DNA of 64,000 nucleotides from the NCBI GenBank assembly GCA_964518125.1, contig CAZFFW010000001.1:39704-103703 (forward strand), given 5' to 3'. Position 1 is the first letter of the stretch, and each line of letters starts with the position of its first letter. Of the stretch, positions 49,648 through 58,570 are shown one piece after another. The position numbers and the translations under genes were made by a program. This stretch comes from an uncultured Porifericola sp. Its GTDB lineage: Bacteria > Bacteroidota > Bacteroidia > Cytophagales > Cyclobacteriaceae. The notes under the pieces are model-generated. The model saw only the letters and a list, made by a program, of their open reading frames with translations. It made no database searches and was not told the origin of the DNA.

Positions 49648-50088
49648 ATGAGACCTCACATTCAACACAATGGCTTGCACAGGATAGGAGATCAACCAGC
49701 TCGGATTTTAGATAACGATAGATTCCTGGCTAGAGATCCCTTTGATGATCTGTGGATGACGCGACCGGCTACGCCGATGACCAACGTAAAAGCTAAGGAT
49801 GACTTTTATGAACTAGCAGTAGCTCTACCCGGATTTAATAAGGACGAGATCAGTATTGAGTTAAAAGATCAGATATTGATCATAAGGGCAGAAAAAAAAG
49901 AGGAAAGCGAAGAAAAGGAAGATAGCTTCCATAGAAAGGAATTTGAAACCTATAAGCTCGCCAGAACCTTTAACCTGCCTGCATCAGTCAACGAAGATGA
50001 AATACGGGCAAAATTGGAAACAGGAATTCTGAAAATCAGCATCCCTGTTTCACAAACCAATCTTAAGAGGAAAATAGAAGTATTGTAA
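49648..50088 (+). CDS. Hsp20/alpha-crystallin small heat-shock protein
   Basis: 146 aa with an alpha-crystallin domain (DFYELAVALPGFNKDEISIEL...F.R.F.LP...GILKISIP). Confidence 0.85.
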   Translation: MRPHIQHNGLHRIGDQPARILDNDRFLARDPFDDLWMTRPATPMTNVKAKDDFYELAVALPGFNKDEISIELKDQILIIRAEKKEESEEKEDSFHRKEFETYKLARTFNLPASVNEDEIRAKLETGILKISIPVSQTNLKRKIEVL

Positions 50089-50140
50089 AAGCAGACATTC
50101 GTTATTACGCTATTGGTTTGCAGTTTTAGGCTGGAATGGG

Positions 50141-52354
50141 TTAGTTGATGGTCTTAGTATCTGATGCTAACTCATTCTTTTTTTTTACGGTTACCAACAC
50201 TTCTTTTTCTGCCAGAGGCACTGTGAAGGAAAAGGTACTTCCCTCTCCTGTTTTACTACTTACCTCTATCATACCACCATTTTTTTCCACAAAGTCTTTA
50301 CAGAGCATTAGTCCCAGACCGGTACCTTTCTCCTGTGAGGTGCCCAAACTAGTCTGAGCCTCTTCCGAAAATAGCTTTTTCAGCATTTCTTCAGGTATAC
50401 CGATACCTGTATCGCTGACACTTATTTTCATGAAACTTCCTGCTATATCCGATTGAATAGAAACATTCTCACCTCTTGAAGTAAACTTGATAGCATTACT
50501 CAGTAGATTTCTGAGCACCAGTTTTGTCATTTCAAAGTCTGCATAAATCTCTTCTGAGCGGCTCACTTCACTTTTGATATGAAGCCCTTTTTTCTCAGCC
50601 TGCAGATGTAGTTGGTCTACAGTTTCATTCACCAGGTCAAGCACATCAAAAGTTTCCGGGTTGGGTTTTATACCCTGCATCTGGTTTTTGGCCCAGTTCA
50701 ACAGGTTATCCAACAGACTGGTCGTGATACTGACTTTTATCCGAAGTTCACGGGCCACAACCTTCATTTCCTCCTGACTGATCCTCCCCTGCGCCAGCAA
50801 ATCCAGTATACCCTCCAGGGAATTTAGAGGACTTCTAAAATCATGTGAAATGATAGAAATCAATTTGTCCTTGATCTGGTTAGACTTCTGCAGATTATTC
50901 TTCTGCTCTTTGATACTGGTATTTAGTGACTTGAGCTCCTTGATATTATACTCAATTTCCTCCTTTTGCTGTACTAGTTGCTGGTTTGCTATACGCTTAT
51001 CACGGTTGGCATTGTTGAGTAAAGACAGAATGATAAAGCTGACAATCAAGCCAAATGAAATAAAAATCACCAGGTATGTCTGACTTTCAATTAGCGCTCG
51101 CTGATCTCCCATTACTTCAGCTTTAAACTGATTTTCGGTGACAAGAGCATCTTTTTCTGCCTCTAGTTGCTGTAAATGTAACAAAGCCAGTTCCCTGCTT
51201 TTAGCTTCATTAAAAAGACTGTCTTTGTATTGATTGCACAGATCTGTATACTGTAATGCCAGTTTGAAGTCGTTTTTTTGTCTGTAAATATCACTCAGGA
51301 TTCTGGCTGCATTCTGGATTTCAAGCTTTGTATTGATTTCCTGAGCATATTTGAGAGCACTTTCGGCAGATGCAATAGCCTTCTGCTCATTATCCTTCAG
51401 CATATACAGCTTTCCCAGTATAGCGTAAGTAACGCTCATACTGAGTTTGTCATTTACTGACTGGTGTATTTCTAAAGCTTCAAGCAGATGAGATTCAGCC
51501 TTCAGCACGTCATTAAGCCGTATATAAACATCAGCCATGGAGTATAGATTTATCCCAACTCCCTGAAGGTCTTGTAAGGAATCATCTAATAGATATGACT
51601 GCTGATAGTAGAATAAAGCGCTGTCAAATTGCCCCCTAGCCGCATGCAGATCTCCCAGATTATGCAGGGGATAGGTCAGCTCTTCCTTCAGATTATGATG
51701 TTCAGCAATCTCAATAGCTTTACTGTAATTGATGACAGCTTTTTCTTCTTCTCCTATTGTTGAATAAATCAGACCAATGTTATTATAAGCACCTGCTACT
51801 AAATCAGGGAGATCCAATCCTTTCAGGATTTGGAGGGATTGCAGGTAATATGTCAGGGCTTTGTCATAATCGCCCAGGGAGTCGTAAATCACGCCCATCC
51901 GATTCAGTGCATTACTGAGTCCTCGCTGATTACCCATCTGTCCATAGTATTGGACTGCCACTAACATATATTGAATGGCCTTGCCATAATTATTGAGGCA
52001 CTCATGCGCTCTACCCAGAGAGTATTGCACATCGGCGAACAAGCTACTGTCTGAATGGCTACCAAGCAAGTCCAGGGCCTTTTGTGCCAGTTCCAGCGCT
52101 TCACGAGGATTACTTTTTACAACTTCCTTACTTTCATAAATAAGTTCCTGGATTTCCTCAGCTGAAAAAGTAAATGCTGATGGCTCATTTACCGGCTGTA
52201 AAGGAAAAGCATAGAGTTGTTTACTCTGTGTCAACCACATCAAAGACAACAGCAAAAACAACTTAAAGCAATTTAACAGTGGGAAATCGCTCACTTTGAA
52301 AACTCTTTTAAAGAGATAGTTAGGGTAATTAGATATTACGTTCATGATTAGCAC
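50141..52354 (-). CDS. TPR-repeat sensor histidine kinase
   Basis: 737 aa. The layout is signal/TM, ~8 TPR repeats, a TM, a coiled coil, then HisKA ([12 protein letters not shown]) and HATPase_c (N-box [21 protein letters not shown]). No response regulator lies in the window. Confidence 0.85.
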   Translation of the reverse strand: MLIMNVISNYPNYLFKRVFKVSDFPLLNCFKLFLLLSLMWLTQSKQLYAFPLQPVNEPSAFTFSAEEIQELIYESKEVVKSNPREALELAQKALDLLGSHSDSSLFADVQYSLGRAHECLNNYGKAIQYMLVAVQYYGQMGNQRGLSNALNRMGVIYDSLGDYDKALTYYLQSLQILKGLDLPDLVAGAYNNIGLIYSTIGEEEKAVINYSKAIEIAEHHNLKEELTYPLHNLGDLHAARGQFDSALFYYQQSYLLDDSLQDLQGVGINLYSMADVYIRLNDVLKAESHLLEALEIHQSVNDKLSMSVTYAILGKLYMLKDNEQKAIASAESALKYAQEINTKLEIQNAARILSDIYRQKNDFKLALQYTDLCNQYKDSLFNEAKSRELALLHLQQLEAEKDALVTENQFKAEVMGDQRALIESQTYLVIFISFGLIVSFIILSLLNNANRDKRIANQQLVQQKEEIEYNIKELKSLNTSIKEQKNNLQKSNQIKDKLISIISHDFRSPLNSLEGILDLLAQGRISQEEMKVVARELRIKVSITTSLLDNLLNWAKNQMQGIKPNPETFDVLDLVNETVDQLHLQAEKKGLHIKSEVSRSEEIYADFEMTKLVLRNLLSNAIKFTSRGENVSIQSDIAGSFMKISVSDTGIGIPEEMLKKLFSEEAQTSLGTSQEKGTGLGLMLCKDFVEKNGGMIEVSSKTGEGSTFSFTVPLAEKEVLVTVKKKNELASDTKTIN

Positions 52355-52572
52355 TAAATTCTCCCTTTTTGCCTACATATTTGTGTGCCTCAGGTCTGCA
52401 TACTTACTTAAGAAAGGAAATAAACCAAATTGCTTTTTAACAGCTTATGATCTGAACTGAATGACTTGTAGACTTCACTAAAGATATTTGCTGATTATTA
52501 GTTGACATGAATAAGATCAAAACAGGAGCGGAAGAAGCAAATATTAAATTTTTCTTACTTCAAGGATCATCA

Positions 52573-52586
52573 AAAAGTTAACTTTT
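52573..52586. repeat. palindrome AAAAGTTAACTTTT, copy 1 of the AGTTAACTTTTG repeat
   Basis: This is a perfect 14-bp palindrome. AGTTAACTTTTG recurs at 52690-52701 and a degenerate copy (AAAAAGTTAATCTT) lies at 52636-52649. Confidence 0.4.
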
Positions 52587-52655
52587 GTATGAAGCAAGTT
52601 TTACAATATTTTTGATATAAAATATATATAAAATGCAAAAAGTTAATCTTATAGT

Positions 52656-52683
52656 GTTTAATAAAAAATGTGATTTATTAAAC
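52656..52683. repeat. AT-rich inverted repeat
   Basis: GTTTAATAAA-(8 nt)-TTTATTAAAC has perfect 10-bp arms. Confidence 0.4.
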
Positions 52684-52689
52684 ATTAAT

Positions 52690-52701
52690 AGTTAACTTTT
52701 G
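52690..52701. repeat. AGTTAACTTTTG, copy 2
   Basis: Exact 12-nt direct repeat of 52576-52587. Confidence 0.4.
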
Positions 52702-52766
52702 ATTTAGATATCAAACAGTTGGTGAAGAGTAAATCTAAGCTTTACTGTTTGGACTCATGACAAATA

Positions 52767-52799
52767 AATCAAGGCTATCCTACTGGGATAGCCTTGATT
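52767..52799. other. orphan 14-bp perfect stem-loop (terminator-like) in an intergenic region
   Basis: aatcaaggctatcc-tactg-ggatagccttgatt forms the stem-loop. On the minus strand it is followed by TTTATTTG. No ORF of 60 aa or more ends nearby. Confidence 0.45.
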
Positions 52800-52809
52800 C
52801 TTTGTAAAC

Positions 52810-52844
52810 TACTACCTAAATTATGTTAAATAATTTAAGTAGTA
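52810..52844. other. second long hairpin, 10 nt from the first
   Basis: tactacctaaattat-gttaa-ataatttaagtagta has 15-bp arms with one mismatch. Confidence 0.4.
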
Positions 52845-53009
52845 ATTTGGTATATAAAAAGTAGCCAGTCAAAATCAGTCATTTAGTACTAGCATATTAA
52901 GTAAATGTATCGCTTTTTCTGCGTGGCTTTTCGCTTTGTAAGCCTGCATCATTACAATTTCCATGATAAGGTTAATCAATTTTTTAATACTTCCTTTCGT
53001 TATTCAGCT

Positions 53010-54221
53010 ATGAGAAATTCTATATGGATATACATATTCTTTTTTCTTGCTGTTTCAATTGCTTCCGCCCAAAATAAGCAGGAGTCTCCCGAACATCTGT
53101 TGGCCTTCGCCCAAGCCTACTTCAATGAAGGAAAACTGAGTATTGCCCTTGATCATTTAGATGACGCTATCGCTCAACGTAAAGAATTTGTGGAAGCTTA
53201 TCTGTTGCGAAGTAGGGTGCATGAAAAGATGGATAATATTTCATCAGCATTGACTGATCTTACAATTGTATTGCACCTGGATCCTCTGCTCAGCGAGGCC
53301 CGCTTTAAGAGAGCCGTTTTATTTTACCAAAGTCATCGATATGGTGATGCCATCCAGGATTTCCACAGGCTTCTGAAAGATCCTGCCGGTGAAACCACTT
53401 CTGTGTATTTTAAAGGGAAAACTGATCCTTCCGGCTATTCAGCCTCAGGGATCACAAGCCTGCAGTCCGATATGCTGGCCGATGTTTTGAATTACCTTTC
53501 CCTTTCTCACCTGTCCGACGATCGTCTTGATAGTGCAGAACATTATATTCTCAAGGCTCTTGAAAGAAAATCGGATGAAGCTGACTTTTATGTCAATCAG
53601 GGTCTGATTGCCGAAAAAAAATGTGATACTACTTCAGCAATCCAGGCTTATCAGAAAGCCCTGAGTCTTGAATACGATCATGCGGCAGCACTTAATAATC
53701 TACAAACCATCAGTAAGGGAAGTGACTATCAGCATCTTATACATGAAGCCTATGATGTTGCAGTATCTGAGCAGGGAAGTTACCAGGCTTATTTTAACAG
53801 GGCGATGCTCAGGCAGGCATCTGGTAATCATCGTAGTGCGCTCCGGGATTTTGACCAGGCCATCAGACTGGCTGGAGAAAATGATGAAATATTGATAATG
53901 CGTGCCTACAGCCGGGAGTATTCAGCCGACTTGCAGGGGGCTATTGAGGATTATTCACGTGCAATAAAAATCAACCCATTACTTATAAAAGCTTATTTAA
54001 ATAGGGGGAATACATACTATAAGTTAAAAAAATACGCACAGGCAATAGATGATTATAAAGTAGCCATAAGCCTGGATCCTGAAAACCCCAAGCTCTTCTA
54101 CAACAGAGGCCTGGCACTTTACCTGACCGGAAAGAAATCTGACGGATGCATTGATTTACACAAGGCCCTGGAAATGGGTTATAGTGCTGCTCAACGCCCT
54201 ATTTTATCATATTGCCAATAA
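53010..54221 (+). CDS. secreted TPR-repeat protein
   Basis: The start is taken at the internal Met MRNSIWIYIFFFLAVSIASAQ (signal peptide). It has about eight TPR-like repeats (AYLNRGNTYYKLKKYAQAIDDYKVAISLDPEN). Confidence 0.75.
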   Translation: MRNSIWIYIFFFLAVSIASAQNKQESPEHLLAFAQAYFNEGKLSIALDHLDDAIAQRKEFVEAYLLRSRVHEKMDNISSALTDLTIVLHLDPLLSEARFKRAVLFYQSHRYGDAIQDFHRLLKDPAGETTSVYFKGKTDPSGYSASGITSLQSDMLADVLNYLSLSHLSDDRLDSAEHYILKALERKSDEADFYVNQGLIAEKKCDTTSAIQAYQKALSLEYDHAAALNNLQTISKGSDYQHLIHEAYDVAVSEQGSYQAYFNRAMLRQASGNHRSALRDFDQAIRLAGENDEILIMRAYSREYSADLQGAIEDYSRAIKINPLLIKAYLNRGNTYYKLKKYAQAIDDYKVAISLDPENPKLFYNRGLALYLTGKKSDGCIDLHKALEMGYSAAQRPILSYCQ

Positions 54222-54365
54222 TTCGTAATTGTTAAATTTAACTATCACCCAGGTTTTGAACAGACAAAAATATTGGGCTGTGTTTAAAATAAAAATTAAG
54301 CCAGATGATGGTTACGCAGATTAATTTTTCTTACTTACGGGTAGTACCTACGAAATTTGAGGCAT

Positions 54366-54394
54366 AAAAAAAGCGGTTAAATAACCGCTTTTTT
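54366..54394. terminator. bidirectional rho-independent terminator
   Basis: aaaaaaa-gcggtt-aaat-aaccgc-tttttt lies between convergent genes. Confidence 0.7.
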
Positions 54395-54410
54395 AGAATC
54401 CAGCTGACAA

Positions 54411-55361
54411 TTATGCGTTGGCATATTTACCAAAAAGTTCATCTTCAAGACGTTTCAGATAAGCCTTAGCCTCTTTGAGGGCGCTTTTATCTTTCTGCTG
54501 AATAGTTTTGTTGACAGAAGAAAGAAGATTTGCTTTGATTCTCTTGATACGGTCTTCTTTGTTGGTAAAAATCGGCTCATTGTTTTTGATGGTTTCCAAT
54601 GCGTCATTGACGCGCTCATCCATCTCTTTCTGTGCCTTTTCAGCTTTATGAGCCTCTTTTTCTTTACGAATATTTTTTGCCTTATTAAAAAGGTCCGCTT
54701 CATTTTTGATTTTTCCGATCTGTCTGAGGTCTTTCACCTGCGCCAGCGTCTGGACATCACTCTTTTTTACTTTTATCCGTCCCAGGAGGATATCATTTTT
54801 CATCTGCGGGTTACCCTTAGCGATGATCTCTATACCCTTGGCAAATTCGGCATCACGAAGAATTGTACGATCGCTCACATTAAACTCTCGTGCTAACACT
54901 TCAGACGTCTTATCGCCACTCTGCCCACTAGAGAGTACTTTATCATATCCCCCCCGCTTCTTTTTCATCCTCTCGTACTTCAGGCCACGGAAATAACTCA
55001 ACTGATCGGGATTCAGGTTTCTTCTTCCCAACTGATGATTAATCATCCAGTCTTTAGCCTCTTCCTCAGATCCAAAACGGATGACCCTTACTTTGAAGGG
55101 GATATCATGACTAGAACATATGTGGTAACGGTTATGCCCATCTACCAATACAAGTTCCCCATTATTCCTTTCCCAGAGGGTCAAAGGATCGAGACATCCG
55201 TTCAATTTAATATTTTCTTCTAATTGCTCACGGCTGTCTTCAGAGAGGGGTGTAATAAAGTTCTGAAGTTCAGATCGAACCTTTATATCATCAAAATGGA
55301 TGGTCTTTGATTTTTCGGTATCAGATACTACCTGAATTTCATTCAATAAGCTTTCTTCCAT
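54411..55361 (-). CDS. ParB/Srx-like N-terminal domain protein with HTH and Lys-rich coiled-coil tail
   Basis: 316 aa. LVLVDGHNRY is a ParB-like nuclease/NTP-binding motif and INHQLGRRNL resembles phage/plasmid ParB-like proteins. FNVSDRTILRDAEF is HTH-like. The C-terminal 100 aa are K/E-rich. Confidence 0.65.
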   Translation of the reverse strand: MEESLLNEIQVVSDTEKSKTIHFDDIKVRSELQNFITPLSEDSREQLEENIKLNGCLDPLTLWERNNGELVLVDGHNRYHICSSHDIPFKVRVIRFGSEEEAKDWMINHQLGRRNLNPDQLSYFRGLKYERMKKKRGGYDKVLSSGQSGDKTSEVLAREFNVSDRTILRDAEFAKGIEIIAKGNPQMKNDILLGRIKVKKSDVQTLAQVKDLRQIGKIKNEADLFNKAKNIRKEKEAHKAEKAQKEMDERVNDALETIKNNEPIFTNKEDRIKRIKANLLSSVNKTIQQKDKSALKEAKAYLKRLEDELFGKYANA

Positions 55362-55446
55362 AATTAATTAAAATGTAAAAATTGTGCGTAACAAATTGCT
55401 GATTGGTTTGATATTTTCTTGATTACTCTCAAATTGTATGAAACAA

Positions 55447-55473
55447 AGAGGTAAATTATCAACTATTACCTCT
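55447..55473 (-). terminator. hairpin downstream of the 103-aa ORF
   Basis: agaggtaa-(11 nt)-ttacctct has an 8-bp stem. TTGTTT follows on the minus strand. Confidence 0.4.
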
Positions 55474-55508
55474 TTTATACTTAAAACAGAAAAATAAGTT
55501 TAAAAATT

Positions 55509-55820
55509 TTAAGCACTGACCAATTTTAATTTATTCTGGATCAGTGTAATAGTAAGGGTCAGTTCATCTATCACCAGTTCACGGGCACTTGCTTCTAATC
55601 CACCATCAAAATGTTTTTGCTCCATGTGGCCCAGTATATTTCTTTTGAAATGTAACGTAAAAGAACCATCGGAATGTAATTCCATCTGAAAATTCTGAAA
55701 ACGGCCACTCTCTTCATAACTGCCAAATAGCTTTCTGCCATATAGGCTGCGTCCGAGTTCCTGCATAGACTTATCAAGTTCTATAAGTTTCAACTTGATA
55801 TTAGAAGGAATAAAAATCAT
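55509..55820 (-). CDS. hypothetical protein (ORFan)
   Basis: 103-aa ORF in an AT-rich island, with no motif recognised. Confidence 0.4.
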   Translation of the reverse strand: MIFIPSNIKLKLIELDKSMQELGRSLYGRKLFGSYEESGRFQNFQMELHSDGSFTLHFKRNILGHMEQKHFDGGLEASARELVIDELTLTITLIQNKLKLVSA

Positions 55821-56723
55821 ATAATCACCTCCTGTTTAATTATAACGATTGTTAATATAATGCTTGTCATAGCATTACCCTTATAAGCAATATATTTAGT
55901 TAAAAGTTCTCTGAAAATTAATGAAAAGTAACCATAAAAACTACACGTTTTTGCTTATGTCTTAAACATAAGGATGGTCAAAATAAAAAAGGTTTTTTTA
56001 ATAATTACCCCTCATGTATAAATGACACAATAAAAATAACGGTGACCATAGATTAATAGTATTTTGTTAAGAATATTTTAATTAATCTGCTAATTTAGCT
56101 GTTAAAAGCTAAACTTGTTATATTCCCGTCGCGATAAAATATGATTTTTTTAATGATGCCTGAAAGTCGCCAACAAAAAAATCTATTTTTTAGTATACCA
56201 AATGGTAAATAATGATCTACATATTTTTTTGGAGAGGCAAAAAAAATCTCAGGATATGCAAACTCCGTTTAACTACACCTGAATATATTCATTTAACAGA
56301 CATTTTGTGGGTGATGCAGGAGAAAAAGACGACATCAGGCTAAAAAATAGGCCGGAAGACAATCACAAAATATTAAAGTTCTACCTTAACACTGTCTGAA
56401 ATACGCTTCGTAACTGCCTCTAGACCTTACATGCATTGGGCCGTATTTAAGCAGCATCCCACGTTTAATGCAATTCACGATAGTCTGGCAAACCTACAGA
56501 AAGCCGAGAAAATGATTTCCATAAACCCGCCTTAGCTCATGTAACGATGGCTCTTTTATAAGAATTCACCAAAGAATGTTGTAATCAATACGACCTTTGA
56601 AAAGATAAATCATGATTTGAATTTTGACAGGGTCTACCTCATATGAGTCAAGGTTGCAGCTGTGGGGGACATTTATCATGTAGTGGAGCAGTACATCTTA
56701 GCCTAATAAAACTACCAAACTTA

Positions 56724-56969
56724 CTAGTAAAGGTCGTTCAGGTCTATCTGGCTGGCATATTTTTCCAACAGTCTACTGCTTTGATATACCTCCAGGCTGT
56801 CCAGCAGTTGATTATTGAGGTTTTCCCATATTTCTACGAAATAGCCATCCATTTGGAAAATCCGGATATGGTGGTTGGGATTTTCTTTGTGAAAAATAAT
56901 ACTGCCCAGGTCTTTGGCAATTTGCCACTGTTGCAATCTGTTGAAATTCCTGAACTCATCTATCTGCAT
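56724..56969 (-). CDS. hypothetical protein (ORFan)
   Basis: 81-aa ORF. It overlaps the upstream 72-aa ORF by 14 nt. Confidence 0.4.
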   Translation of the reverse strand: MQIDEFRNFNRLQQWQIAKDLGSIIFHKENPNHHIRIFQMDGYFVEIWENLNNQLLDSLEVYQSSRLLEKYASQIDLNDLY

Positions 56970-57174
56970 CGTGACTTTTTTCTTCTATGTCCAGGGTAAT
57001 ATTATGTTTTCTGAGCCAATTCTCCCAGGTGGGGATTTTACGGGCAGCCGGGTGCAGGCATGGGTCATACAATATTTCCTGATACTCTTTATAAGAGCGA
57101 CTGAGTAGATGCTTAAATCCTTCAGGAAGTTCTGACCATTTTAATAGTTCTTTCTCGTTACTTGCCAAATTCAT
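56956..57174 (-). CDS. hypothetical protein (ORFan)
   Basis: 72-aa ORF. Its 3' end contains an A6 run just before the overlap. Confidence 0.4.
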   Translation of the reverse strand: MNLASNEKELLKWSELPEGFKHLLSRSYKEYQEILYDPCLHPAARKIPTWENWLRKHNITLDIEEKSHDADR

Positions 57175-57191
57175 ATTTATTTGTTCAATTA

Positions 57192-57211
57192 GTATTGATG
57201 TAAGTCAATAC
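57192..57211. promoter_or_regulatory. inverted repeat GTATTGA-TGTAAG-TCAATAC upstream of the small-ORF pair
   Basis: The 7-bp arms are perfect. The core TTGATGTAAGTCAA is one mismatch from TTGAT-N4-ATCAA. It lies 18 nt upstream of the 72-aa ORF start. Confidence 0.3.
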
Positions 57212-57387
57212 AGTTAAAATTTGTTACAGAATTATACTTTATACCCTGAAATGAATTTACAAAATAGTGTAAGAAATAAAACTGAGAAGGATAGGTGATG
57301 ACAGATATTTAACAACGATTCCTATCAAGCTTCTGTTACATTTTCCAGAGAATAGTTGTCATACCAAGGCCTCAAGATCAATCGTAT

Positions 57388-57975
57388 ATGAATTTTTATA
57401 AGTACCCGGTTACTGATATACCCCCTGTATTTTATCCGTTTAAGGAAAATTCTCCCTTTTCTAACTGCATTAGCTGTGACAGGTTCTTGCTTGACAATGA
57501 CGTAGAGTATATAATTGAGAAAGCGATGCGCCGTTACCCTGAATACGCATCTAAGGATGTCATTTTTGAATATGCCATGTGTATGACTTGTGCTGAGAAA
57601 ATGCGGCAGGAGCTTTCGAAAGAATCCCTAGCACGTATACAGGATTTCATGCAACACAATAGCAGGCTGATGGAGCAAAGTCAGCGTCTTATCAGTGAAA
57701 ATAACTGGAAAGTTGACGACTGGATAAGCAATTGTGCCATCAATGGCGCCTCTATTGAGGAGCAAGAGGAATACCAGCTTTTTGCTCATTGCCGGGGTAA
57801 CCAAATGATTCTTTCAGTGATGCCTTACATGGTTAGTGGGGCAGCCATTGAGCAAATGGCCGAACTACTTTCCCCGAAAACCAGAGATGAATTAAACCGC
57901 TTTATCGACGATAATTTCGGCATACCGCCAGAGCTTAAAAAGCACCTCAAGGACCAGCCAATAATGTTTATCTGA
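57388..57975 (+). CDS. hypothetical Cys-motif protein
   Basis: 195 aa with CISCDRF and CMTCAEKM (two CxxC) in the N-terminal half. No family recognised. Confidence 0.5.
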   Translation: MNFYKYPVTDIPPVFYPFKENSPFSNCISCDRFLLDNDVEYIIEKAMRRYPEYASKDVIFEYAMCMTCAEKMRQELSKESLARIQDFMQHNSRLMEQSQRLISENNWKVDDWISNCAINGASIEEQEEYQLFAHCRGNQMILSVMPYMVSGAAIEQMAELLSPKTRDELNRFIDDNFGIPPELKKHLKDQPIMFI

Positions 57976-57988
57976 GCATTTTACTGGC

Positions 57989-58525
57989 TTAGAAAGCCTC
58001 TGCTTCTGCTGTTTTCCATTCTTTTAGTTTAGCCAGCACTTCCGGAGAATCCCACTCACGGGTGCCAATAATCCTGGCAACTACTGCGCCATCCTCATTG
58101 TAAATGTAAGTAGTGGGAATAGACTGAACGCCAAGTGCCTGCATATCCGTCTGAAGGTGCACAAATGGGAATGTAAAGTCCTGTTTACTGGCGAATTCTG
58201 ATATTTTTTCAGTATCCTCATAGGAGGCCGCCAGAAAAACATACCCTTCATCTTTTAGCTCCTGATACGCTTTTTCTATGGCAGGCATTTCCATCAGGCA
58301 GGGTCTGCACCAGGTAGCCCACAGATTCAGAAAAACTGCTTTACCTTTAAGATCGCTAAGTTTGATAGGATTACCCTCCAGGTCGGTAAGACTAAGCGTT
58401 TGTGGACTTACTTCTTCCTGCTGTTCCACCAAATTATTTTCTGTATTAGCACTTTCTGAATTATCGGGTGATCCGCATGCGCTCAATACCAACAGACTGA
58501 CAAAAAAATAAATAATTTTTTTCAT
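57989..58525 (-). CDS. TlpA-family thiol:disulfide oxidoreductase lipoprotein
   Basis: 178 aa with lipobox VLSACG and the thioredoxin motif WATWCRPC. Confidence 0.85.
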   Translation of the reverse strand: MKKIIYFFVSLLVLSACGSPDNSESANTENNLVEQQEEVSPQTLSLTDLEGNPIKLSDLKGKAVFLNLWATWCRPCLMEMPAIEKAYQELKDEGYVFLAASYEDTEKISEFASKQDFTFPFVHLQTDMQALGVQSIPTTYIYNEDGAVVARIIGTREWDSPEVLAKLKEWKTAEAEAF

Positions 58526-58570
58526 GATTGTAATGCTTGATTTTATACCCTGGTATTCATAACGCCAAAA

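Noticed and set aside
56950-56965. A6G run as a dnaX-like programmed -1 frameshift site (A AAA AAG)
   Set aside because: The heptamer is not in the correct phase with the upstream frame. Joining the two ORFs would need a +1 shift (equivalently -2), not -1. A one-base indel or a genuine overlap is more parsimonious.
56643-56999. 118-aa plus-strand ORF
   Set aside because: It is antisense to the 81-aa and 72-aa ORF pair. Neither strand has homology support. I kept the minus-strand pair because of its compact tandem arrangement and upstream inverted repeat, but with low confidence.
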